Positions 9,060 through 17,806 of a stretch of 64,000 nt of DNA are shown here, piece by piece. Within the stretch, counting starts at the first letter, position 1; every line of letters starts with the position of its first letter. The notes beneath the pieces were generated by a model that was given only the letters and a program-made list of their open reading frames with translations, made no database searches and had not been told where the DNA came from. The translations under genes and the position numbers were made by a program. Source of the stretch: Verrucomicrobiota bacterium (GTDB lineage: Bacteria > Verrucomicrobiota > Verrucomicrobiia > Limisphaerales > SIBE01); assembly GCA_016209525.1 (NCBI GenBank), contig JACQWK010000125.1:377-64376 (forward strand), written 5' to 3'.

Positions 9060-9992
9060 TCAGCCTGTTTTCCGTCCTTCCAGGATCGCCACGTAATCCG
9101 CGATACCTGCCGCCGGCGAGTATTCCGGAGTAAACTTTAATTCATTTTTCGCCAAAGTCATGTCGGCCTCGGTGTGCGGCTGGTAAAAGCTGTAAGGATT
9201 CTCGAAGTATTCGGGCTCCAACCGCGTTCCCAGGTTCTTATTCAGCTCGGTGATGACTTCGTTAAACGAGAACGCCTGGCCAGTACCGCAGTTGTAAAAG
9301 GTGCTCTCCGGCGCCCCCAGCGCTTGGATCGTCATGCGCGCGGCATCTTTGACATAGACGAAATCGCGCTTTTGCTCGCCCGTGCGGAAGACCCTCGGCC
9401 GCCGCCCCGCCTTCATTTGCAGGTAAAGCTGGTAAATCATGCTGGCCGCCGCTTTCTTGTGCGCTTCGTGTGGACCGAAAACGTTGAAGTAGCGGACGCC
9501 GACAATCCTCCAGGACGCGTGGTTCCGGCAGTAGATCCGGGCCAAGTTGTCCAACTGGACCTTGGAAAACGCATAGACATTTGCAGGTGCCGGAGGTTGG
9601 TCCTCCTTCATACGGGCTGAGGCGATCCCGTAGGTCGCGGCGGACGAGGCATAGACCACAGGGGTATGGGTCGCCGACGCAAACTCGAGCAAGCGACGGA
9701 AGCCTTCGACGTTGTCATGCACCTGGAGAAACTGGTCATGGATGGTGGTATCGGTGATGGACGCTTCGTGGAAGATGGCGTCGAAGACGTCGTCCTTGAA
9801 CTGGGCTTGCCAATCGAGACGTGAGATATCGCCCGCCACGATATCGCCCCGGTAACCTTGCAGGTTCGCAAAGCTGCCGGATCGAAAATCATCCGTGACG
9901 ACCAACCTCGCGTCCGGATACTTCGCCTGCAAGGCCAGGGCCAGATTCGACCCAATAAATCCAGCGCCACCCGTGATCAAAATGTTTCGCAC
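9060..9992 (-). CDS. hldD: ADP-L-glycero-D-manno-heptose 6-epimerase-like NAD-dependent epimerase
   Basis: 310 aa. Motifs 'ILITGGAGFIGSN', 'YASSAATYG', 'RYFNVFGPHEAHKKAAASM', 'KRDFVYVKD' and 'YNCGTGQAFSFNEV' are collinear with HldD/RfaD. GTG start. Confidence 0.75.
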   Translation of the reverse strand: MRNILITGGAGFIGSNLALALQAKYPDARLVVTDDFRSGSFANLQGYRGDIVAGDISRLDWQAQFKDDVFDAIFHEASITDTTIHDQFLQVHDNVEGFRRLLEFASATHTPVVYASSAATYGIASARMKEDQPPAPANVYAFSKVQLDNLARIYCRNHASWRIVGVRYFNVFGPHEAHKKAAASMIYQLYLQMKAGRRPRVFRTGEQKRDFVYVKDAARMTIQALGAPESTFYNCGTGQAFSFNEVITELNKNLGTRLEPEYFENPYSFYQPHTEADMTLAKNELKFTPEYSPAAGIADYVAILEGRKTG

Positions 9993-10287
9993 GGCGAGAG
10001 ACTATGGCTTTTGTCCGGTTCGTCACTAAAAAATCGCCCACTCCAAGCGCTTCGCGACAGTCTGGCTCATTCGCATTCCGGACGGAACGAAATCCGATTC
10101 GGAGGCGGTTCCGGCTGTGTCTCGTCGGTCGAGGAGGCTACACACGTCAACAACGCGCGTTCAACTTGCCGGATGGCTTCCAAGTGTTCCTCCGACTTCT
10201 CCCCGGCATCGGAAACGGTTCTCAAGATTTCGATCAAACTGACTGCATATTTGATCTTAAGTTCCGTGATCCGCCTTGTATGCACAA

Positions 10288-10302
10288 TGCATATCATATG
10301 CA
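10288..10302. promoter_or_regulatory. perfect 15-bp palindrome, candidate operator in a divergent promoter region
   Basis: 'tgcatatcatatgca', flanked by further ATGCA repeats ('tatgcacaatgcatatcatatgcaatatgcacacagaatgca'). Lies between hldD (-) and the XRE gene (+). Confidence 0.3.
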
Positions 10303-10508
10303 ATATGCACACAGAATGCAACCGAAATTCCCATTTTGGCTCGCGTGGAATTCCGGCTGTAGGGGGGTTTTCACGCCCAGGTCGGGACTGAAGCCGGGAC
10401 TACAAGCGGGTCTCGGTCGCGCCTGCCGTCAAAATCAGAATGGCGGTGAGGGCAAGACGAAATCGAGCAAAATTGACTTCGGGCCGCAAATGTGTGTTCT
10501 CATTGGGG

Positions 10509-10944
10509 AATGAGCGAGTTGGGCAACAAGATTAAGGCCCTTCGAGGAGTGCAATCTCAAATCGAATTCGCCAAGCACACGAAGCTAAGCCTGAGAACGA
10601 TCTGCAAACTCGAAGCCGGCGACTTGGTTCGTCTCGCGACGGTCCAGCAAATTGCCAAGGCGTGCAAATTGTCGGAACCCGATCGGCTGGACCTGATCGT
10701 CGCCTGGCTTAAGCTGGAAATCGGCGAGGACATTCAGAATCTGCAGGTGGAAGTCCAAGGGCAACCGCTCGCGGCTCGCGACGCGGAATATTTGCCGGCC
10801 AAAATCCAGGCGCTGGTCAGCACGACTCCTCGCAAATATCAGGAGCAAATCTGCCTGGCCCTCCAGCGGCCTGAGGTCCTCCGGTGCCTGTCGGCGTTGA
10901 ACGAACTCTACGACTCTCTGCACAAGAGCCGCGTGGAAGATTAG
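10509..10944 (+). CDS. XRE-family helix-turn-helix transcriptional regulator
   Basis: 'LGNKIKALRGVQSQIEFAKHTKLSLRTICKLEAGD' is a Cro/C1-type HTH. ATG at 10509 is preferred over the alternative start at 10492. Confidence 0.7.
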
Positions 10945-10998
10945 TTGCATCGAATACTCCAGAAAGTAAACCGACATGGAACATGCCCCTCACCCCGG

Positions 10999-11025
10999 CC
11001 CTCTCCCCATCCGATGGGGAGAGGG
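10999..11025. repeat. perfect hairpin repeat (family A)
   Basis: 'ccctctcccca tccga tggggagaggg', with an 11-bp perfect stem. Confidence 0.6.
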
Positions 11026-11118
11026 TGGCCGAAGGCTGGGTGGGAAGTGTATGCTTGCTTTTGAACTCATTAATCAGTCGCGGCTCAGTTTCTCATAGCT
11101 TTGGAGCGAAACCGACCG

Positions 11119-12012
11119 ATGAAAATCGTGATCAGCGGATCAACCGGCCTGATCGGTTCCGCCCTGGTTGCGCACTTCCGCAAGACAGGTCACGAAGTCG
11201 TCCGGCTCGTGAGGACCAATTCCGGTTCAGAGACGGACGCCTTGCGTTGGGATCCGGTTTCCGGCGTGCTCGAGAGCTCGCGGATGGAGGAAGCCGACGC
11301 TGTGATCCACCTGGCAGGACGCAATCTGACGGTCGGGCGGTGGACGAAAACGATCAAAGCCCAGATTCGGCACAGCCGTGTGCATTCCACGCAGTTCTTG
11401 TCTGAGACGCTGGGCCGTTTGCGGCGGCCTCCGAAAGTTTTGGCGTCGGCTTCCGGGATTGGGATTTATGGCCATCGAAATGCAGAGATTCTCACTGAAG
11501 AAAGCGCTTCAGGAACGGGCTTCTTGGCCGAAGTCTGCCAGCAATGGGAATCGGCTACCGCGCCCGCGTCCGAAGCGGGCATTCGCGTGGCGCACCTGCG
11601 GTTTGGCGTTGTCCTGAGTTCGCAAGGGGGGGCTTTGGCCAAGATGCTGTTGCCTTTCAAGCTCGGACTCGGCGGGACCATAGGGACGGGCGGGCAATAT
11701 TGGAGCTGGGTCTCAATTAACGACACGATCCGGGCAATTCAACACGTTCTCCTCACCGAAAAAGTGTCTGGCGCGGTCAACGTGGTCTCGCCGGAAGCTG
11801 TGACCAATCACCAATTCACCCGAACCCTAGGCTTCGTGCTCCGACGCCCGACTCTCCTGAGCATGCCGGCTGCGGTGGCGCGGATCGCTTTCGGTGAGAT
11901 GGCGGAGGCCGCTTTGCTCGCGAGCACGCGGGTCGTGCCCAAGAAATTGCTGAGCACTGGTTTTGTTTTCGAGCACACCGACCTTGCGGAAGCGCTGCGT
12001 GCGCTCCTGTGA
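11119..12012 (+). CDS. TIGR01777/YfcH-type SDR epimerase-family protein (DUF1731 C-terminus)
   Basis: 'MKIVISGSTGLIGSALVAHFRKTGHEVVRLVR' and C-terminal 'VPKKLLSTGFVFEHTDLAEALRALL'. ATG at 11119 is preferred over TTG at 11101. Confidence 0.8.
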   Translation: MKIVISGSTGLIGSALVAHFRKTGHEVVRLVRTNSGSETDALRWDPVSGVLESSRMEEADAVIHLAGRNLTVGRWTKTIKAQIRHSRVHSTQFLSETLGRLRRPPKVLASASGIGIYGHRNAEILTEESASGTGFLAEVCQQWESATAPASEAGIRVAHLRFGVVLSSQGGALAKMLLPFKLGLGGTIGTGGQYWSWVSINDTIRAIQHVLLTEKVSGAVNVVSPEAVTNHQFTRTLGFVLRRPTLLSMPAAVARIAFGEMAEAALLASTRVVPKKLLSTGFVFEHTDLAEALRALL

Positions 12013-12030
12013 AAGTGACTCGGTCTTTTT

Positions 12031-12135
12031 CATGAACCAAGGATTGACCCGGATCGCGGGCGGCTCGCCCGCACTTTCGGACGAGGTTGAGAGACTTGCG
12101 GGCGAGCCGCCTGCGCTCCGATCAGGCGGTTCATG
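12031..12135. repeat. about 105-bp REP-like element
   Basis: Terminal 'catgaacc' / 'ggttcatg', plus two internal copies of the palindromic unit 'gcgggcggctcgcccgc' / 'gcgggcgagccgcc'. Confidence 0.5.
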
Positions 12136-12209
12136 CAACCAAAGGCGAGTAAGCTGTATTTGCCAGCGTTCCGAATATCGGTAAGCTAAGCGAGTTCTGC
12201 CACTGAGCA

Positions 12210-12776
12210 ATGAATACCGCGGCTACGACGGCGCCATCGGACCAATGGCTGAAAAGGATGGTCATTGGGAGGAACCCGCGCTGGACGTTGGTGCGGGTGG
12301 CTATTTTCGTCGTCACGGTCATCATTCTGTTCAAGTTCATCTTTATTCCGATTCAAGTCGTTGGGATCAGCATGGCTCCGAACTACATCGAAGGGAAGAT
12401 CCGGCTGGTCAACAAGCTCTCCTACCGCAACGCCAGACCTCAGAGAGGAGACGTCGTCGCGGTGCGGATGAAGAGCGAGCATGTTGTCCTGCTCAAGCGG
12501 ATCATCGCGCTGCCCGGCGAGCGGGTTCAGTTTGTCCGGGAAAAAGGCCGTGGGAGGGGCAAAGTCCGGATTCTGATCAACGGCCAACCTCTGGAAGAAC
12601 CCTACATCAAGCTGCCCATCCATCGGTCCTGGGGGGAGACGTGGCCAAGGGATTGGGTGCTTGTGATCCCTAAGGGCCAATACTATCTGATTGGTGACAA
12701 CCGGTCCATGCCCTTCGTGGACCACTACCGTTATCTGGCGGAAAGAGATGAGATTCTTGGCAAAGTGTTGCACTGA
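12210..12776 (+). CDS. lepB: signal peptidase I (S26)
   Basis: N-terminal TM. Ser box 'GISMAPN', Lys box 'LLKRIIALPGERV' and 'YYLIGDNRSMPFVDH'. Confidence 0.85.
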   Translation: MNTAATTAPSDQWLKRMVIGRNPRWTLVRVAIFVVTVIILFKFIFIPIQVVGISMAPNYIEGKIRLVNKLSYRNARPQRGDVVAVRMKSEHVVLLKRIIALPGERVQFVREKGRGRGKVRILINGQPLEEPYIKLPIHRSWGETWPRDWVLVIPKGQYYLIGDNRSMPFVDHYRYLAERDEILGKVLH

Positions 12777-13008
12777 AAATTCCGCTTGCATGCGGCTTGG
12801 CCGGGACTATTTTAACCGCTCGCCTGAACGCCGCGAGTGCGGACGTTCGCTGAGGCTGAGAAATGAAAGTCAACGTAGTAACCTAACCGTTAACCCTCCG
12901 TTGCCAACGCAACGCTCGGTCGTTAGGCAATGGAGTCTTCGTCCGGCACACAAGGCCGGGCAAGCCTCCCCAGTTCTCGACACCAATTAGTCCCGTTATC
13001 CCCCAATT

Positions 13009-14670
13009 ATGCTGACCATGGAAGAAGCCCTGAGGCAGAGCACTGTCCGCTTTGTCGCAGGCGAGATCGTCAAAGGCACAATCATCGAAGTTCGTCCTAA
13101 GGAAGTTCTTGTCGATATCGGTTACAAGAGTGAAGGCGTCATCTCCGCCAATGAATTCGAAGACATCAAGAAAGTCAAAGTCGGCGATGAGATCGACGTC
13201 TTGATCGAAAAACTGGAGGACAAAGAGGGCATGGTGGTCCTCTCCCGCGAAAAGGCTGAATTCAAGAAGAACTGGGACAAAATCCTCACGATTTGCAACG
13301 AGGGCGGCACGATCTCCGGCAAAGTCAAATCCGTGGTCAAAGGCGGTTTGCTGGTCAACATTGGCGTCGAGGCGTTTCTGCCCGCGTCGCAGATCGATAT
13401 TGTCCCGCCCAAGAACCTGGCTGCTTTCGTCAACAACATCTACGACTTCAAGGTCGTAAAAATCAATCAGGAGCGCCAGAATATCGTCCTTTCCCGACGC
13501 GAATTGATCGAACAGGAACGCACTGAGAAACGCGCCAAGCTCCTGGCCGAAATGGTGCCCGGCGACATTCGCAAAGGCACGGTCAAGAACATCACTGACT
13601 TCGGCGCCTTCATTGACCTCAATGGCATCGACGGCTTGCTGCACATCACCGACATGAGCTGGGGACGGATCGGGCACCCGTCTGAACTGCTCAAAGTCGG
13701 CCAGGACATCGATGTCGTCGTCCTGGATATCAACAAAGAGAAGGAACGCGTCAGCCTCGGCCTCAAGCAGAAGCTCGCCAATCCTTGGGACAGCATCGAG
13801 CAGAAGTATCCCATCAGCGCTCGCGTCAAGGGCCGAGTGGTCAATCTGGTGCCCTATGGCGCGTTCGTGGAACTGGAACCGGGTGTGGAAGGCCTGGTGC
13901 ACGTCACCGAATTGTCCTGGACCAAACGCATTGCCAAGCCCTCGGACGTGCTGAAAGCCGACCAGGAGATTGAGGCTGTCGTCCTTGGAATCAACCGGGA
14001 AGAACAGAAAATCTCCCTGGGCATCCGCCAGCTTGAAACCAATCCGTGGGACAGGGCCCTGGAGAAATATCCTCCGGGAAGCCGCGTCAAAGGCCGCATT
14101 CGCAATCTGACCAGTTACGGCGCATTCGTAGAACTGGAGGATGGCCTGGATGGCATGATTCACGTCTCGGACATTTCCTGGACGCGCAAGATCAATCACC
14201 CCTCCGAGGTGTTGAAGAAGGGCGAAGAAGTGGAGGCTGCCGTGCTGGAAATTGACAAGGCCAACCAGCGCATTTCTCTCGGCGTCAAACAGCTCAGCGA
14301 CGATCCCTGGAACAACATCGACAAATACTACAAGGTGGGTGATTTGGTCACGGGCAAGGTTACAAAACTGGCGAGCTTCGGCGCTTTCGTCGGATTGCAG
14401 CACGATATCGACGGGTTGGTCCATATTTCCCAGGTCAGCGAAGAGCGCGTCGATAAGATCAAGAACGTGCTGAAAGTGGACCAGGAAGTCACGGCTCGCG
14501 TCATCAAAATCGACAAGTCGGAACGCCGGATCGGCCTGTCCATCAAAGCCGCGAACTACTCGCAGGAACAACTCAAAGCCGAGCAAGCCATGCTCGATTC
14601 ACTCAAACCGGGCGAAGATTTGGTGGCATTGCAGCACGCATTCGATGCGGCGGACGAGGCGAAGCAGTAG
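13009..14670 (+). CDS. rpsA: 30S ribosomal protein S1
   Basis: 553 aa with six S1 repeats ('G.V..I..FGAF..L..GI.GL.HISE/D.SW'). Confidence 0.95.
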   Translation: MLTMEEALRQSTVRFVAGEIVKGTIIEVRPKEVLVDIGYKSEGVISANEFEDIKKVKVGDEIDVLIEKLEDKEGMVVLSREKAEFKKNWDKILTICNEGGTISGKVKSVVKGGLLVNIGVEAFLPASQIDIVPPKNLAAFVNNIYDFKVVKINQERQNIVLSRRELIEQERTEKRAKLLAEMVPGDIRKGTVKNITDFGAFIDLNGIDGLLHITDMSWGRIGHPSELLKVGQDIDVVVLDINKEKERVSLGLKQKLANPWDSIEQKYPISARVKGRVVNLVPYGAFVELEPGVEGLVHVTELSWTKRIAKPSDVLKADQEIEAVVLGINREEQKISLGIRQLETNPWDRALEKYPPGSRVKGRIRNLTSYGAFVELEDGLDGMIHVSDISWTRKINHPSEVLKKGEEVEAAVLEIDKANQRISLGVKQLSDDPWNNIDKYYKVGDLVTGKVTKLASFGAFVGLQHDIDGLVHISQVSEERVDKIKNVLKVDQEVTARVIKIDKSERRIGLSIKAANYSQEQLKAEQAMLDSLKPGEDLVALQHAFDAADEAKQ

Positions 14671-14699
14671 GATTAAGCACTGCTGCTGAGATTGCGATT

Positions 14700-14732
14700 G
14701 GGCAGGCTGACGATAGCCTGCCCGATTTTTTT
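14700..14732 (+). terminator. rho-independent terminator of rpsA
   Basis: Stem 'gggcaggct' / 'agcctgccc' with a 6-nt loop, followed by a T7 tract at 14726-14732. Confidence 0.8.
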
Positions 14733-14814
14733 GGATTCAGATTTGATTCGGACGACCGGATTCGGATTCAGGATTCCATCTCAAGACTCTTGCCCCCGAT
14801 AACACCCTTGCCCA

Positions 14815-16095
14815 ATGAACATTTTTGACGAATTGCAGTGGCGCGGCTTGATCGCCGATTGCACGGATGCGAGCGAACTCATCAAGCGTCTGAGTGGAGG
14901 GCCGGCGACCCTTTATTGCGGCTTTGATCCAACCGCGGACAGTCTCCATGTGGGAAGCTTGGTTCCGTTGCTCGCCCTGCGCCGGTTTCAACTGGCCGGC
15001 CATCATCCTATCGCAGTCGCAGGGGGTGCCACCGGTTCCATCGGCGATCCCAGCGGCAAAACGGCCGAACGCCAGCTCCTCGGCAAAGACGTCCTGGCCG
15101 CGAACATCGCCGGCATGAAGACGCAACTTGCCCGCTGGCTTGACTTCGAGACCAGGATCAACCCAGCGCGGCTCGTCGATAACGCGGATTGGACCGTGCC
15201 GGTCAGTTACCTCGACTTCCTTCGCGACGTTGGGAAACATTTTTCCGTGAACATGATGGTGGCCAAGGAGAGTGTCCGCGCCCGCATGGAAGATCGCGAA
15301 GCGGGCATCAGCTACACGGAGTTCAGCTACATGCTGCTCCAGGCTTTTGACTTCTACGTGCTCTGTCGCGATTACAACTGCGAGCTGCAGATCGGCGGGA
15401 GCGACCAATGGGGAAATATTACCGCCGGCATCGACTTGTGCCGCAAGAAGCTGGGGAAAACAGTCTATGGGTTGACCGTCCCGCTTATCGCCAATGCCGA
15501 TGGCACCAAGTTCGGCAAAACCGAGGCCGGGGCCGTCTGGCTCGATTCAAAAAGGACCAGCGTTTATAGGTTCTATCAGTTTTGGATTCGCACCGACGAC
15601 CGCGACGCCATTCGTTATCTGAAATACTTCACATTTCTTTCGCGGGACGAGATTGAGTCGCTGGAAAAACAGCATGCGGAAAAACCCGAAGCGCGGCTTG
15701 CTCACAAAGCGCTGGCCAAGGCCGTGACCAGCCTAATTCACGGCGAAAGCGCCATGGCGGAAGCGGTCCGCGCCAGCGAGATTCTCTTTGGCGGCGGCCT
15801 GGACGGCATTTCGGAAGAGACGTTCAACGAAATCGTCGGCGAGGTGCCGTCCAGAACCATTGAGCGGTCCAAGTTTGAAGGTCAGGGCACGCCGCTGATT
15901 GAATTGTTCGTTTTCGCCAGCCTTTGTTCGAGCAAAGGCCAGGCCCGAAAGGACGTCGAAGGCGGAGGAATTTACGTCAACAACGTCCGGGAAAGCAACC
16001 CGCAACGCGTGGTGACCACCCATGACTTGTTGTTCGGAAAGCACACACTCCTGCGGAAAGGCAAACGAAACTACGCGGTGGTGACGGCGGTGTAG
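14815..16095 (+). CDS. tyrS: tyrosine--tRNA ligase
   Basis: 'LYCGFDPTADSLHVGSLV' (HIGH-type motif), 'KFGKTE' (KMSKS-type motif) and a C-terminal S4-like domain. Confidence 0.95.
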   Translation: MNIFDELQWRGLIADCTDASELIKRLSGGPATLYCGFDPTADSLHVGSLVPLLALRRFQLAGHHPIAVAGGATGSIGDPSGKTAERQLLGKDVLAANIAGMKTQLARWLDFETRINPARLVDNADWTVPVSYLDFLRDVGKHFSVNMMVAKESVRARMEDREAGISYTEFSYMLLQAFDFYVLCRDYNCELQIGGSDQWGNITAGIDLCRKKLGKTVYGLTVPLIANADGTKFGKTEAGAVWLDSKRTSVYRFYQFWIRTDDRDAIRYLKYFTFLSRDEIESLEKQHAEKPEARLAHKALAKAVTSLIHGESAMAEAVRASEILFGGGLDGISEETFNEIVGEVPSRTIERSKFEGQGTPLIELFVFASLCSSKGQARKDVEGGGIYVNNVRESNPQRVVTTHDLLFGKHTLLRKGKRNYAVVTAV

Positions 16096-16159
16096 TTGGA
16101 CGGCGTGTTGCGCCATCCCAGCTCGGACCAAGAGCTTGGAGGCCTGTCAATGAGGCTAG

Positions 16160-16470
16160 CCACCGCGCGCCAGCGTTTGGAGTGCGTGTGCTTGAGCACC
16201 GCTTTGTTAAGGCACTGCTGGCACCCTCGGCCAATCTCGTGGCCTCCGCTCCATCGAAAGCGGCGATAAATCGACCGCACTCCAAGCGCTTCGCGGCTTC
16301 TGATGCCTTGAAGGAGTCCGATGATCGCTGCTCGAATCCTAGAAATGTCGCTGTCGGGTTAAAACCGATAATTTATCTTCTCCCTCTTCCAGCGAAGGGG
16401 GAGAGGGCTCACTGGCGTGGTTTCGACGGCCCTCCTCTCCCCGACCCTTTCCTCCCAGTTCAGGGGAGAG
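16160..16470. repeat. cluster of intergenic repeats (family C motif plus family A hairpins)
   Basis: 'actccaagcgcttcgcg' at 16277-16293 is also present at 10043-10059. A related inverted copy sits near 16165-16185. Family A hairpins lie at about 16382-16407 and 16434-16470. Confidence 0.45.
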
Positions 16471-16513
16471 AGATGTTCTGGATCAAGTTGTAGCCAGATG
16501 CATCGTAACGATT

Positions 16514-17482
16514 CTACCTCCTGTGCCAGTTTAGCCAACCCTTCGCGCGCCTCGGCCAGAATTCGAACAACTGGTCCGCGGCATCGACATAAGCCTTGAC
16601 GAGGCGGGCCCGACGGCAGGTGAGGGTTTCGCGGAAGGCACGGAGTGTCTCGGCCTCGACTTTTCTTTTGGCCGCCAGTTTGTCCAAAAATGCCATGAGC
16701 ACCTCCAAATCTTGAATGTTGCCCATCATCGCTTGGTAATCGTGCATCGACTGGAGTTGACGGCGTCCCACACCCGAGAGCACGGGGCGAAGAGATTCAA
16801 CCATGTAGCGGAATCTTTTGAACGCCACGCGGACCCGATGGATCGTCGTCGTGTCCACCGGATCGATCTGGCGTCGGAGCCGCACGACCTCCGCATGGGA
16901 GACATCCACGGCGCTCAGCACCAGCAAAAACTGGCGAGTGTTCTCCATAGGATCGCTGAAGAGCGCGGCCAACTCCTTGCGCAGGGCCGCCATGAGCTCG
17001 GCCAGTTTGTCCGCCTTGAACCGCTTGATGCTCTTGGCCAACCGTTTGATGAACCGGCGTTCCCGGCCCTTGAGCCTTTGATAGAGCGCTGTCAACTCGG
17101 GATACTCACGGAGCATTTCTCCAACTTGCAGCAACTGTACTTGTGTATCGCGCAGACTGTCGAATTCATCCAACCGTTTCTTCAGATTCCGTTCCGCCTT
17201 TTTCAGACAAGCGCCTTGGAGAAGCGCGCTAAGGAGGTCAACTTTCGACAACAACCGGCGAGTCTGGACGCGCAGGAGGTGAACTGATTCTTCGGAAAAG
17301 TCCCGCTGGCAACGCTTCAACTTCTTGCGGTAACCCCGCCAGAGTTCTTTGATCGAAGCCATCAGGTGGTCGCCCAAGGCCGGGGCGCCCCCCAGTGCCG
17401 CCTGGGAGTTTTCGCTCTGCCGATCCACGACGCTCGGTTTCAAAAAGAAAAGGCGATGGCTCGCTGTGTTGTCGTCGAACAT
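16514..17482 (-). CDS. CHAD domain-containing protein
   Basis: Helical and rich in conserved R/H. 'VHLLRVQTRRLLS' and 'IHRVRVAFKRFRYMVESL' are typical CHAD motifs. Confidence 0.7.
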   Translation of the reverse strand: MFDDNTASHRLFFLKPSVVDRQSENSQAALGGAPALGDHLMASIKELWRGYRKKLKRCQRDFSEESVHLLRVQTRRLLSKVDLLSALLQGACLKKAERNLKKRLDEFDSLRDTQVQLLQVGEMLREYPELTALYQRLKGRERRFIKRLAKSIKRFKADKLAELMAALRKELAALFSDPMENTRQFLLVLSAVDVSHAEVVRLRRQIDPVDTTTIHRVRVAFKRFRYMVESLRPVLSGVGRRQLQSMHDYQAMMGNIQDLEVLMAFLDKLAAKRKVEAETLRAFRETLTCRRARLVKAYVDAADQLFEFWPRRAKGWLNWHRR

Positions 17483-17634
17483 GCCTGCATCCCGAAGTTA
17501 AGTCGAGCCTCACGACGCGCGGCCGGAGGTTAGAGCGGCGACCCGGCGCAACCCGTCTCAAGCAACATTAAAGACCAATCGACTCCCCCGCGTCTTGATG
17601 CAGATCAAGGCGGGAGGCCTGAACCGTGTCCTAT

Positions 17635-17775
17635 GAGCGTGTTTTGAAAATGGGTGGAACGGGCTACCAGCCCGTTGCCGGCGGCAACCTGCCGCCGAAA
17701 ATGGCGGCAGGCTGGTAGCCTGCCGTAACAGGCCAGTGGCCTGTTCCACCCGAAAGGCATTTTCAAAACACGCTC
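17635..17775. repeat. 141-bp MITE-like element with about 26-bp terminal inverted repeats and nested hairpins
   Basis: Left arm 'gagcgtgttttgaaaatgggtggaac'. Right arm 'gttccaccc(gaaaggc)attttcaaaacacgctc'. Internal hairpins include 'ggcggcaacctgccgcc', 'ggcaggctggtagcctgcc' and 'acaggccagtggcctgt'. Confidence 0.7.
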
Positions 17776-17806
17776 TAAATGGCCCTAACGGAAAAATGCG
17801 ATATTT

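Noticed and set aside
12883-14586. 567-aa ORF on the minus strand
   Set aside because: It is exactly antisense to the unambiguous rpsA gene. The translation is low-complexity (D/F/V/L-rich) with no motif. This is a typical high-GC antisense open frame.
14733-14814. T-box or other leader upstream of tyrS
   Set aside because: Only 82 nt lie between the rpsA terminator and the tyrS start, which is too short for a T-box, and no specifier or antiterminator features were seen.
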